From Anaerolineae bacterium (lineage in GTDB: Bacteria; Chloroflexota; Anaerolineae; Anaerolineales; UBA4823), in assembly GCA_041301185.1 (NCBI GenBank), contig JBFYSV010000031.1:1102-65101 (forward strand): a stretch of 64,000 bases of DNA, given 5' to 3'. The translations under genes were made by a program, and so were the position numbers. Positions 1 to 9,553 of the stretch are shown one piece after another (position 1 is the stretch's first letter; each line of letters begins with the position of its first letter). Below the pieces are notes generated by a model. It made no database searches. It had not been told where the DNA came from and saw nothing but the letters and a program-made list of their open reading frames with translations.

Positions 1-1
1 C

Positions 2-532
2 GCATACATCCGGTTACGATACCAGCGGTTATGGGAAGTGATAACCCGAGAAGATATCATTGAACCCCTTGAGCATTACCGAATTCAAGAACGCATTCGA
101 GCCCTTAATGATCTGGGTTTTTCTGTTGGGGATGTGGAGCTGCTGAAAACATTGGTTGGCGATCAATTGCGCCTGCGCATTGTGGTAACCGACCGTTACT
201 TCCACCATGATCAACTCCTAACACTGATCGGTATCGAGGCGGAAGAAGGACAGGCTCGAAAAATGATGAATGAGATTCAGGAGCTGAAAGCCACCCTTTC
301 GCAACGCAATAACCGAAGCACACCCCTAAGCGCAGCAGCTTACCACTGGCAATCAACCATCTACGATCCAACTATTGAAAAATTGAGACCATTTGTGAAA
401 GAAGATTTCGATACTGCCGAACTGTATTGCCAGATCCTTGAACACAAGTGGTATTTATCTGAGAGAGTTCAACGGGACGTTGGTCACGCAACCGCCATCG
501 AAGACTACCTGGCAAATATTGCTCAACCATAA
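2..532 (+). CDS. C-terminal part of a DUF4032-like protein; ORF is open to the left window edge
   Basis: The frame of the listed 38..532 ORF has no stop back to nt 2 (..AYIRLRYQRLWEV-ITREDII..) and the listed start is GTG. The gene therefore begins upstream of the window. The family call rests only on my recollection of the ELYCQILEHKWYLSE-type C-terminal block. Confidence 0.45.
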   Translation, partial: AYIRLRYQRLWEVITREDIIEPLEHYRIQERIRALNDLGFSVGDVELLKTLVGDQLRLRIVVTDRYFHHDQLLTLIGIEAEEGQARKMMNEIQELKATLSQRNNRSTPLSAAAYHWQSTIYDPTIEKLRPFVKEDFDTAELYCQILEHKWYLSERVQRDVGHATAIEDYLANIAQP

Positions 533-674
533 TCGTCGCCACTTACTAGGCAGAGTCTCATGCGGATACCAGCCTTTAATATCCCCCTGGTAGTTCATAA
601 ATAGGTCAGCTAACAAATTTGGAAGCCCCACGCTGGCAAACTGCGGTTATAAACGGTATGGATAACCGTAACCT

Positions 675-3600
675 ATGAACCGTATCCTGGCTTCCAGTGG
701 ACGGCTGTTTCCTCAAACAGCTTGGAAAAATCTATCTGAGCATACCCGCGGGGCACTAATACCCCTCTACCTATTGCTGGGCGTATTCATTCTTGTCTAT
801 GCTTCATTATTGATACTTAGAGAATTTACGCAGCCGGGTTATACGAATCCGCTCGGTTTCACCTGGAACAATCCAATATTAGAAATACTGATCCCCTACC
901 TCCTGGGGTGGGTTTATCTGGGCTCCGGTATATGGGTCTTCTTAATCCGGCACGACGAAACTGCTGGGAGAGTGTATGGATACCTGGCGACGACTGTAGC
1001 GATCAGCCTCGCTGCCATGCTCAGCACAATAATTGCTGGACAGCTTACCTGGTTGTGGATTGTCACCTTAGCCATCGCTGGCGGGTCTCTACTTCATCTT
1101 GGGCTTTATTTCCCAACTAAAGTGACTTTGCTATCAAAATACCCCACCTTATTTTGGCTGGGTTATATCCCTCCCATTTTGATCGTATCAATCTTTGTTC
1201 CCCAAATACTTGCATCCTCAACACCGGGTTATATCCTCCCAACGGTAATCCTGAGTGAGCTAGGATATATCTGCTTAATTGGGGCTGTCATTATTACGAT
1301 CCAAATCTCGGCCTTGCGTAGACCACAAACTTCCCTGGCTCATCGGCAAGCCCGGATTAGCTTATGGGGAGCTCTCATAACGGGAATTTCCATTGCTGGA
1401 TGGGCTGTGACAAGGGCGTTTGCCCCCACTTCTGATATCTTGGGACTATTCTATATTTTATTGGTATTCTTTCCAATTCTTGCCAGCTACGCATTATTAC
1501 TAACCAATAAATCGAGACACGACACATACCTGCGAAAGACACTTGCCTACACATTACTATCGGCGTTGACAATCCTTGCGTACATACTCATCGTCAGCGG
1601 GATGAGCATACTGGTTGGGGACGTAATTCCAAACAATCATCCCCTTGTCATTGGTTTGCTCGTATTCCTGTTAGCAATCCTGATGAATCCAGTACGCCAC
1701 TGGCTGGAGAGTACGATTGATATTGCGTTTTATAAAGGCGAAAAGCCGTTCCAAAAACGCTTACAGGCATTTGCACAGGAGCTCACTCGAAACACAACCC
1801 CCGACTCAATCTACAACTCTTTGCGAAAGTCAGTAAGGGAGACCCTCGCTCCAGGCTTGATACATATATTTATTATTGATCCATTTAGCAATCACTATGT
1901 TGCAACGGCTGACGAGAGCGGTTTATCCACCTCGGATATGCGTTTTCCTCCTAACAGCCCATTCGTTCAGTTCCTAGTAAATCAACCCAATCCTATATTG
2001 ATCGACTCCAACGATTTAGGTCAACTTTCATTCTCCTCAGAGAGTGCTCAGCTGGCTCTTCTAGGTGCATCACTATATATTCCGCTACCTGGACAGCAGC
2101 AGCTAGTCGGTTGGCTCGCCATAAGCAATCGGCAATCTGGCGAGAGCTATCATAAATCAGAAATCGTCTATCTAGATTCGATTTGCAGCCAGGCTGCCCT
2201 GGCAATTGAGAGATTGCAGGTAATCACAAACCTCGAAAGCCGGGTCAGAGAGATGGATGTATTAACCCGGATTGCTCAAGGGGTTAATATTACTTTAGAT
2301 TTTGACGATATCCTGGAATTGATCTATGCCCAGACAAATCTGGTTATCCCTGTCCATGATTTCCGGATCACCCTGAGCGATCCCAATGATGGAAAGTATT
2401 CATACGCATTCTTCATAGAGAATGACGAACGCCTGGCTTACAACGAAAATATCACCATCCCACCCAGGCAAGGATTGGAAGGCGTCGTCATCCAGAACCA
2501 ACGCTCCCTGATTGCTTCCGATTACCAAAATGAATGTCGCAGTCATGGGAGAATCCCCAATTCTCCGGGGATTGTTGCCTGGTTGGGTGTACCGCTGCAT
2601 GCTGGTAGCCGAACTATCGGATGCATCAGCCAGGGCAGCCGCGATCCAGCAACCCTGTTCACAGAGCACCTAAGAGATCTCCTTCAGGCCATTGCAGACC
2701 AGGCTGCCGGGGCGATCATTAAGTCGCAATTATTGGTTGAGTCAGATAGAAGAGCCCGACAGTTAGCTGCGCTGAATGAGGTTGGGCGAAGCCTGACCTC
2801 AACCCTGGAGATAAACACTCTACTGAAACAAATACTGAATAGTGCTGTTGAGCTGCTGAACTGCGAAGCAGGAAGCCTCTATACGATCGAACCAGAGACG
2901 AACGATATCGTGGTTGAGGTAACAATTGGTCCGGGTGCAAGCGATATTGCTGGCACTCACATCCCAGCTCGAAGCGGATTCATTGGCAGCGTGATGGAGT
3001 CAGGTCAGCCTGTTATAGTCAATACAGGAACGGGCACACAGGATTTTTCTGATCAAACTGAGTCGCAAAGTGAATATTATCAGCGTGACTTATTAGCCGT
3101 TCCTATGAAAGTTAAAGAGACAGTCATTGGTGCGATTGAAGTGATTAACAAGCTTGATGGGACCCCTTTCGATGAAGACGACCAGGGAATCCTCTCGACC
3201 TTCTCCAGTCAAGCAGCTGTGGCAATTGAAAATGCCCGGTTATATACACAAACAGATGAAGCACTAAGCGCCAGGCTGGAAGAGATGTCGGTAATGCAGC
3301 GCATCGATCGTGAGTTGAATACCAGCTTGGATGTAGGGAAAACCATGCAGATCACTCTCGATTGGTCGCTGAGACAAACCAAATCTGATTCAGGTTTTAT
3401 CGGTTTTGTTGAACGGGATGAACAAGCGTCATCTTCGAGTATCCGGGTAATTGCCTCGAAGGGTTTCAAGCTACCCCAATCAAATGAGCAGCAGCCTGCT
3501 GTAAGTACAAATGAACAAGCGGAGCTAATGACTGTATCCCTACCCGCCATACAAAAAGTGATCAGGGAAGGACTCCCTGTGCGCTCGGTAGATGCAAGAT

Positions 3601-4514
3601 TATCTCCCTGGGCGAGAGCTCAAATTGTCATCCCGATCCGCCGGAAGACGGATGTGATCGGCATCTTGCTGCTGGAGAGCACTGTTAAGGACAGCTACTC
3701 ACCTGATACAACTCTATTCTTAACTCGATTGAGCGATCATGCTGCCATAGCGATATCAAACGCCCAGCTTTACGAAGATCTTCAAGCCGCAAATATTGCC
3801 AAAAGCGAGTTTGTGTCGCTCGTCTCACACGAGCTTAAGACACCGATGACATCTATTCGCGGGTATGCCGACCTGTTGGCTCAAGGCACGGTCGGTCCGA
3901 TCAATGAAATTCAGGGTAATTTCCTCAACACAATTCGCTCAAATGTCAATCGGATGGCAAACCTGGTTTCAGACCTGGCTGATGTCTCACGCATCGAAGC
4001 CGGCAAGCTGAGGCTGGAATTCGGAGAGGTTTCAATAACAGAAATCATCCATGAAGTGATCAATTCCACCCAGGCATTCCTCAATGAAAAAGAACAAGTG
4101 CTTGTCTTAGATCTACCAGAGAATTCACCCCTGGTTTGGGCGGATTACAACCGGTTAATCCAAATCTTGAATAACCTTGTAAGCAATGCGATCAAGTACA
4201 CACCCCAGGGGGGACATATCACAATCACAGCTGGAATGCACCAGAACGAATGGGATTCAAAAGGGGCTCCGCAAGTTGTTAAACTCTCGGTGATTGATAC
4301 TGGTTATGGGATTTCTGCTGAGGAGCAAACAAGAATATTCCAGAAGTTCTTCAGATCATCCGATCCGAATATTCGTGATGTACCGGGAACTGGTTTGGGA
4401 TTAAACATTACCCGTCACCTGGTTGAGATGCAAGGAGGGCGAATCTGGTTTTCGAGCCAGGCAGGTATGGGAACCACTTTCCATTTCACAATTCCGGTGG
4501 CTGTCACAATCTGA
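675..4514 (+). CDS. Large membrane sensor histidine kinase: polytopic N-terminal domain, about 4 GAF-like repeats, HisKA + HATPase_c
   Basis: ATG at 675. The first ~330 aa are hydrophobic helices. Four repeated blocks end in QAALAIERLQV / QAAGAIIKSQLL / QAAVAIENARLY / HAAIAISNAQLY (GAF-like C-termini). H-box SHELKTPMTSIRGY, N-box NLVSNAIKYT, G1 DTGYGI, G2 GTGLGL. Confidence 0.9.
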   Translation: MNRILASSGRLFPQTAWKNLSEHTRGALIPLYLLLGVFILVYASLLILREFTQPGYTNPLGFTWNNPILEILIPYLLGWVYLGSGIWVFLIRHDETAGRVYGYLATTVAISLAAMLSTIIAGQLTWLWIVTLAIAGGSLLHLGLYFPTKVTLLSKYPTLFWLGYIPPILIVSIFVPQILASSTPGYILPTVILSELGYICLIGAVIITIQISALRRPQTSLAHRQARISLWGALITGISIAGWAVTRAFAPTSDILGLFYILLVFFPILASYALLLTNKSRHDTYLRKTLAYTLLSALTILAYILIVSGMSILVGDVIPNNHPLVIGLLVFLLAILMNPVRHWLESTIDIAFYKGEKPFQKRLQAFAQELTRNTTPDSIYNSLRKSVRETLAPGLIHIFIIDPFSNHYVATADESGLSTSDMRFPPNSPFVQFLVNQPNPILIDSNDLGQLSFSSESAQLALLGASLYIPLPGQQQLVGWLAISNRQSGESYHKSEIVYLDSICSQAALAIERLQVITNLESRVREMDVLTRIAQGVNITLDFDDILELIYAQTNLVIPVHDFRITLSDPNDGKYSYAFFIENDERLAYNENITIPPRQGLEGVVIQNQRSLIASDYQNECRSHGRIPNSPGIVAWLGVPLHAGSRTIGCISQGSRDPATLFTEHLRDLLQAIADQAAGAIIKSQLLVESDRRARQLAALNEVGRSLTSTLEINTLLKQILNSAVELLNCEAGSLYTIEPETNDIVVEVTIGPGASDIAGTHIPARSGFIGSVMESGQPVIVNTGTGTQDFSDQTESQSEYYQRDLLAVPMKVKETVIGAIEVINKLDGTPFDEDDQGILSTFSSQAAVAIENARLYTQTDEALSARLEEMSVMQRIDRELNTSLDVGKTMQITLDWSLRQTKSDSGFIGFVERDEQASSSSIRVIASKGFKLPQSNEQQPAVSTNEQAELMTVSLPAIQKVIREGLPVRSVDARLSPWARAQIVIPIRRKTDVIGILLLESTVKDSYSPDTTLFLTRLSDHAAIAISNAQLYEDLQAANIAKSEFVSLVSHELKTPMTSIRGYADLLAQGTVGPINEIQGNFLNTIRSNVNRMANLVSDLADVSRIEAGKLRLEFGEVSITEIIHEVINSTQAFLNEKEQVLVLDLPENSPLVWADYNRLIQILNNLVSNAIKYTPQGGHITITAGMHQNEWDSKGAPQVVKLSVIDTGYGISAEEQTRIFQKFFRSSDPNIRDVPGTGLGLNITRHLVEMQGGRIWFSSQAGMGTTFHFTIPVAVTI

Positions 4515-4540
4515 CTGTTCTCTGAGAGTATCATGGTTTT

Positions 4541-5722
4541 ATGACTCTATTCGCCGCCATAGGAAAAGCTCATGGATTGAGCGCATTAGAAGCCGCAATA
4601 CAGGCGACCGACCATGCTCTTAGCCAGGTTGGTCGCCAGCAAGTCGTCTTGGCGTTCATAGTAGCATCCCATGATTACCCGGTACGTGATGTAGTTAACG
4701 GGGTAACCGGGCTTCTAAGCGACACACCCTTATTCGGCTTCAGCTCGCCTGCCCAAATAACCAGTGAAAGTCTTGATCAGCGCTCGATAGTGGTCGCTTT
4801 GCTTGTTGGTGATCAGGTAGAGGCCGAAGGCAGTTGGTGGAGCGAGTCGAGTTTTCAAGACATGCAATATACCGGCGATGCTCTTCAAGCAATAAGCAAC
4901 AATTATTCAGACATACAACTCTTGCTGACGGCAATAGATCTTCACATTCAAGATCCACAGTCCATGATTGACAAAATCCCCTCAGGCCAATTTGGATTGG
5001 GGGGTTGCCTAGCTGGAGGCAACCTATCCAGCGAACGCAGCTACCAAATTGGCGGTAATCGTTTTGGCCAGCGGGGTTTGGCTGCAGTAGCCCTTAGAGG
5101 CCAGATCAAGACGGCAATCAGTTCAGAACATGGGTGGCAGTCAATTGGGATTTACTCGCGGGTAAGCCACTCATCTGATTATGTTATACACACCCTGGAT
5201 GGACAAACAGTAGCAGATAAATACGCCCAATTCTTTGGACTTAACGCAAAAGATTGGACTTACCCGCCTCTCAATCACCTGGTTCGCCTTTATCCACTTG
5301 GAGTGGAGTGGGAAAGACCTACCGTCTCGGGTGACTCATCTCTGAAAATCCATTCACCTCTGAGAATAAACACAAATGGAAGCATGCTGATGAACAGCCC
5401 GGTAACGAAAGGCAGTACAGCATATTATCTGATCAGCAGTATCGAAAACTGCTTATCTGCTGCGAAACGTGCTGCCCGGCAAGCACTGGAAGCGTTAGGT
5501 GGTGCTGAGCCGGTTCTGGCCATCATCTTTGCGGATATCGCCTGGCAAATGATGCTCCCGGGGCAGCCCGGGGCAGAAATCCAGGCTGTGAGGGAAGTGA
5601 TCGGCGAACATGTTCCGATTGTTGGGGGATATACATACGGGCAAATTCGCACCTCTGGATCTGGACTGCCCGAGCTTCTAAACCAACACTTTCAAATTGT
5701 ACTCATCGGTAATCCAACCTAG
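4541..5722 (+). CDS. FIST-domain signal-transduction protein
   Basis: Starts 26 nt after the kinase stop. The N-terminal VVLAFIVASHDYP..TPLFGFSSPAQI and C-terminal PVLAIIFADIAW..VPIVGGYTYGQI blocks fit the FIST_N/FIST_C pattern as I remember it. Confidence 0.7.
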   Translation: MTLFAAIGKAHGLSALEAAIQATDHALSQVGRQQVVLAFIVASHDYPVRDVVNGVTGLLSDTPLFGFSSPAQITSESLDQRSIVVALLVGDQVEAEGSWWSESSFQDMQYTGDALQAISNNYSDIQLLLTAIDLHIQDPQSMIDKIPSGQFGLGGCLAGGNLSSERSYQIGGNRFGQRGLAAVALRGQIKTAISSEHGWQSIGIYSRVSHSSDYVIHTLDGQTVADKYAQFFGLNAKDWTYPPLNHLVRLYPLGVEWERPTVSGDSSLKIHSPLRINTNGSMLMNSPVTKGSTAYYLISSIENCLSAAKRAARQALEALGGAEPVLAIIFADIAWQMMLPGQPGAEIQAVREVIGEHVPIVGGYTYGQIRTSGSGLPELLNQHFQIVLIGNPT

Positions 5723-5753
5723 GGCGAAGAAATCGTAAAGATAATGAAACGAT

Positions 5754-5792
5754 GTGAGTGCTATCTGACATCCGCCATCAGATAACACTCAC
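5754..5792. terminator. Hairpin between the convergent FIST and trpB2 genes (likely bidirectional terminator)
   Basis: GTGAGTGCTATCTGA - 9 nt loop - TCAGATAACACTCAC. The stem is 15 bp with one mismatch. No strong U-tract on either side. Confidence 0.5.
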
Positions 5793-5826
5793 ACCTGAAC
5801 CTGTATCCTGAGACCTTAAGGATCAA

Positions 5827-7200
5827 TCAGGCTTCAAGAGCAACCTGGGGGAGGGTGCTCATCGCCCTCTCTATTTCCTCCCGCGGATACTCGTAATCCA
5901 CTAGCTGTCCACTGAGATATGACTGGTATGCTGACATATCGAAGTTTCCATGCCCAGAGAGATTGAAAAGGATTACCCTTTTCTCACCTTTGGCTTTTGC
6001 ATCCAGCGCTTCATCAATTGCTATCCGGATTGCATGCGCACTTTCAGGAGCCGGTATAACCCCCTCATTTCTAGCAAACAGAACTGCCGCATCAAAAGTT
6101 GCCAGCTGATGGACGGCTACAGCATCGATATATCCGGCGTGATGTAACGCGCAAATTCTTGGTGCCATGCCATGATACCGCAACCCGCCAGCATGGATTG
6201 GTGGCGGCAGAAAATCGTGACCCAGGGTGTGCATTTTAACAATCGGAGCCATACGCGCCGAATCGCCATAATCGAATGTGTACAGCCCTTTAGTCAGGGA
6301 GGGGGTCGCGGTAGGCTCAACCGCCACTAACCGGGTTTTTGTCCCATTGCGCAGATTTTCTCTTAAGAACGGAAATGCAATGCCAGCAAAATTCGATCCA
6401 CCACCAACGCAGCCGATGACAACATCAGGATACTCATCTGACATTTCCATTTGCTTGAGTGCCTCTTCACCAATGATACTTTGGTGAGTTAATACATGGT
6501 TCAAGACCGACCCGAGGCTATATTTTTTTGTTCCATTCGAAGTTGCAGCAACTTCTACAGCCTCAGAGATGGCGATCCCCAGCGAACCAGGGTTGTTTGG
6601 GTCCTGAGCAATCAAGGAACGCCCGTAATTTGTGCGGTCGGTCGGGCTGGCAAATACCTGCGCACCATAGGTCTCCATCATCACCCGCCGGTAAGGCTTG
6701 GCATCGTAAGAGACCTTTACCATATATACCTCTAAATCCATTTCGAAGAAATTGCATGCCAGGGCGAGAGCCGATCCCCATTGCCCTGCCCCAGTCTCTG
6801 TGGTGAGCGCCCTGGTGCCGGCAATTTTATTATAGAAAGCCTGGGGGATCGCGGTATTCGGCTTATGGCTGCCTGCAGGAGATACACCTTCATGCTTATA
6901 GTAAATATGAGCCGGCGTACCAAGCGCCTTCTCTAACCTGCGGGCGCGAATGAGCGGAGTTGGTCGATAGAGTTTGTAGATTTCACGAACTTCCTCGGGA
7001 ATCTCGATATGGCGCTCGGTACTGATCTCTTGCAAGATCAAATCCATCGGGAACAATACGCCCAAGAATTCTGGAGTTACCGGCTGCATAGTTTGGGGAT
7101 GCAGAACCGGCGTGGGGGGAACCGGCATATCAGCACCGATGTTGTACCAAAAGCGAGGCAAATCGGACTCACTCAACAAAAAACGGGTTTTTTCAGACAT
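5827..7200 (-). CDS. trpB: TrpB2-type tryptophan synthase beta-like PLP enzyme (stand-alone, no trpA nearby)
   Basis: [17 protein letters not shown] (PLP lysine region) and [11 protein letters not shown]. The long N-terminal arm [26 protein letters not shown] is typical of the TrpB2 clade. ATG at 7200 is preceded by GGAGG. The extra 45 codons of the listed ORF run over the T-box terminator and were dropped. Confidence 0.85.
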   Translation of the reverse strand: MSEKTRFLLSESDLPRFWYNIGADMPVPPTPVLHPQTMQPVTPEFLGVLFPMDLILQEISTERHIEIPEEVREIYKLYRPTPLIRARRLEKALGTPAHIYYKHEGVSPAGSHKPNTAIPQAFYNKIAGTRALTTETGAGQWGSALALACNFFEMDLEVYMVKVSYDAKPYRRVMMETYGAQVFASPTDRTNYGRSLIAQDPNNPGSLGIAISEAVEVAATSNGTKKYSLGSVLNHVLTHQSIIGEEALKQMEMSDEYPDVVIGCVGGGSNFAGIAFPFLRENLRNGTKTRLVAVEPTATPSLTKGLYTFDYGDSARMAPIVKMHTLGHDFLPPPIHAGGLRYHGMAPRICALHHAGYIDAVAVHQLATFDAAVLFARNEGVIPAPESAHAIRIAIDEALDAKAKGEKRVILFNLSGHGNFDMSAYQSYLSGQLVDYEYPREEIERAMSTLPQVALEA

Positions 7201-7261
7201 GATATCCTCCTTCAAAGATATTTTTCCTAATCTAGAAAGTTTATCTGGCAAGACGGTATTT

Positions 7262-7615
7262 GCCAAAATAAAAAACGCGCCAATCCCCAAAGGGGACGAA
7301 CGCGCGATGTCCGTGGTGCCACCCCGGTTAGGCAACCTCTAGACGAAAAAATCCTGCCATGTTGCGACAGGATCAAAATTCTGGTGGAGGCCAGCCTCAC
7401 TCGATTCGGGTACTGTCCGGGAAGCCCGGTGAATACCCTTTGCCTTGATAACGGTGGCAACTCCGGCACAAGCTACTCAACGATTATTCTTTCGCTCTGC
7501 AACTCAGAGGCCCATTCGGTCCCAGCGTACAGGCGGAATTCTCACCATTCATCCGCTCTCTGGACTGTCGTCTCGAAACCTACTCGTCCTCTTCAACGTC
7601 TTTTGGTATTGATTT
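7262..7615 (-). promoter_or_regulatory. T-box riboswitch leader, specifier UGG (tRNA-Trp), with intrinsic terminator
   Basis: Minus-strand RNA. The specifier internal loop has ACGAGUA on the 5' side and GAA-UGG-G on the 3' side (UGG = 7514..7512), flanked by helices GAGG/CCUC and GGUUUC/GGGACC. An AGAGAG box follows. T-box core AACCGGGGUGGCACCACGG lies at 7329..7311. Terminator hairpin lies at 7306..7276, then U6AU4 at 7275..7266. The bulge UGGC matches a G73 discriminator, as in bacterial tRNA-Trp. Confidence 0.85.
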
Positions 7616-7621
7616 CGTTGG

Positions 7622-7649
7622 ATTATAAACAAAAGGCAAGATTTGTCAA
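7622..7649 (-). promoter_or_regulatory. Consensus sigma70-type promoter for the Trp T-box/trpB2 transcript
   Basis: On the minus strand: TTGACA (7649..7644), 16 nt spacer, TATAAT (7627..7622). It sits ~25 nt upstream of T-box stem I. Confidence 0.6.
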
Positions 7650-7670
7650 GTGCAATATCCAGAATATAAA
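7643..7670 (+). promoter_or_regulatory. Candidate promoter for the GntR/PBP regulator gene
   Basis: TTGTCA (7643-7648), 16 nt spacer, TATAAA (7665-7670). Its -35 overlaps the minus-strand -35 in the palindrome TTGTCAA. Confidence 0.4.
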
Positions 7671-7711
7671 TCTTCTTGCCAACCGGTCAGCTTGACTTTA
7701 TACTTATCCGC

Positions 7712-8812
7712 ATGGAAGAAATCCATTTATACCAAAAAATCGCCGAGAACCTGAGGCAGCAAATCTTAAGGGGTGACTTAAAACCAGGCGACCGTCTCCC
7801 CGCAGTGCGCGAAATGGCAACAAAATGGGATTGTACGATTGGGACGATCCAGCGCGCTTATCAGGAACTGTCGAAACAGGGGTTAATCACCAGCCGTGCT
7901 GGTCAGGGCACCAAAGTCGTGCAGACTAGTCCAGATATCCCTCGCACAGAGATACCCCTTCGCTATGCCGCTTTGGTTCACCGGGCTGAAGCCTATCTAT
8001 TAGAAATGCTGACTGCCGGCTTCAAACTGGCAGAAATCGAAGATGGCATGCGCCAGGCAATGGACCGGTGGCGATCAGTAAACCCCCCTCCAGTTAATTC
8101 TGATGAAACAACAGTAAGATTTGCCGGTAGTCACGACCTGGTTATCACCTGGCTGGCAAGTCATTTCCAGGAACTTACCCAGGGTTATGGTCTGAATCTC
8201 CAATTCGTCGGCAGCCTGGGGGGCCTGATTGCCCTGGCAGAAGGAAGTGCAGACTTAGCCGGTTCACACCTTTGGGATCAAGCCAGTGATACGTATAACA
8301 CGCCATTTGTCAGCCGAATTATCCCCGGTAGGCGGGTCGCATTAATTACAATGGCTTACCGCCGCTTGGGCATGATTTTCCCTGCCGGGAATCCAGAGAA
8401 TATCAAAGGGTTGGAAGATATTACTCGTAAGAATCTTCGATTTATAAATCGCCAACCAGGTTCGGGAACACGTGTGTGGCTGGATGCAATCATAAAAGAC
8501 CTTGCGATCTCCAAAGACCACGTCTTGGGTTATAACAACGATAAAACCACCCATTCTGCAGTTGCGCGAGCCATTGCTGAAGGCGAAGCCGATCTGGGGA
8601 TTGGCCTAGAAGCTGCCGCCAGGAGCTATGGGCTCGATTTTCTATTCTTACGCAACGACCGGTACGACCTAGTTATACCAGATTCCCATATCCAAAGGGA
8701 ACCGATTAAGGCTCTCATCGAATGGTTGAATAGAGACAGCACAAAAGCATTTATTGCCAGCCTGGGGGGCTATGATACAGAATGCACAGGTTGCATCGAA
8801 TGGGTTGAATAA
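7712..8812 (+). CDS. One-component regulator: GntR-type winged HTH fused to a periplasmic-binding-protein-like (oxyanion-binding type) domain
   Basis: The N-terminus LYQKIAENLRQQILRGDLKPGDRLPAVREMATKWDCTIGTIQRAYQELSKQGLI is a canonical GntR HTH. The remaining ~290 aa are PBP-like (..RFAGSHDL..GSADLAGSHLWD..EADLGIGLEAAA..). ATG 7712 is preferred over the listed TTG at 7676. The gene lies directly upstream of the tup genes. Confidence 0.75.
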   Translation: MEEIHLYQKIAENLRQQILRGDLKPGDRLPAVREMATKWDCTIGTIQRAYQELSKQGLITSRAGQGTKVVQTSPDIPRTEIPLRYAALVHRAEAYLLEMLTAGFKLAEIEDGMRQAMDRWRSVNPPPVNSDETTVRFAGSHDLVITWLASHFQELTQGYGLNLQFVGSLGGLIALAEGSADLAGSHLWDQASDTYNTPFVSRIIPGRRVALITMAYRRLGMIFPAGNPENIKGLEDITRKNLRFINRQPGSGTRVWLDAIIKDLAISKDHVLGYNNDKTTHSAVARAIAEGEADLGIGLEAAARSYGLDFLFLRNDRYDLVIPDSHIQREPIKALIEWLNRDSTKAFIASLGGYDTECTGCIEWVE

Positions 8813-8890
8813 ACACCTGAGCACTGGACAAATCACCCGTTTCTAAATATACTTGTGCCGATACAAGCGATACGTGTTTATCGGTGATAA

Positions 8891-9553
8891 ATGATTCAAG
8901 ATCTGGCAGACATCATCCTCCTTTCATTGCAGGTATCCGGGATAGCACTCCTGCTAAGCACAATGATAGGTGTGCCGCTCGGGATTTGGATGGGGCTGAA
9001 TCGCTTTAAACTGCGCAGACTTCTTACAGCAGTTTTATACACCGGGATGGGCTTCCCTCCAGTGGTTATCGGCTTATTCGTGTACATCTTGCTCTCCCGT
9101 AACGGGATGCTAGGCAGCCTTAACCTCGACATCGTTCCAGAATTGTTCACGCCCGGTGCAATGATCGTAGCTCAGACCATCATTGCCTTCCCACTGGTAG
9201 CAGGATTCACCATGGCAGCAGTGATCGGAGTTGACCCACAGATGCGCTCTCAGGTTCTTTCCTTAGGTGCTACCAAAACTCAGGCTGCATATGCTGTAAT
9301 GCGAGAAGCCCGGGTAGGCGTCATTGCAGCTGTCGTTGCCGGATTCGGCAGCATTATCTCTGAAGTGGGGGCTGTCATGCTGGTAGGCGGAAACATCGAA
9401 GGCAGAACCAGGGTGATGACTACTGCGATTGTCCTGGAAACCCGTAAAGGGAATTTTGATCTGGCGTTATCCTTGGGGATTATCTTACTCGGCATCACAT
9501 TCCTGACCAACCTGGCTATCCTACGCCTCCAGGGAAGAGCAGTAGAGCAATGA
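8891..9553 (+). CDS. tupB: ABC transporter permease (tungstate/molybdate-type, TupB-like)
   Basis: 220 aa with ~5 TM helices, and a 4-nt overlap with the ATPase gene. The context includes a TupA-like binding protein. Confidence 0.75.
   Translation: MIQDLADIILLSLQVSGIALLLSTMIGVPLGIWMGLNRFKLRRLLTAVLYTGMGFPPVVIGLFVYILLSRNGMLGSLNLDIVPELFTPGAMIVAQTIIAFPLVAGFTMAAVIGVDPQMRSQVLSLGATKTQAAYAVMREARVGVIAAVVAGFGSIISEVGAVMLVGGNIEGRTRVMTTAIVLETRKGNFDLALSLGIILLGITFLTNLAILRLQGRAVEQ

Noticed and set aside
7201-7335. 45-codon N-terminal extension of trpB2.
   Set aside because: It runs through the T-box terminator and U-run. The conserved TrpB2 N-terminus starts at MSEKT with a GGAGG RBS.
8813-8890. I checked the regulator-tupB spacer for a Moco/Tuco-type riboswitch.
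   Set aside because: The spacer is only 78 nt with a single 6-7-bp hairpin. That is too short and lacks the motif architecture I remember.
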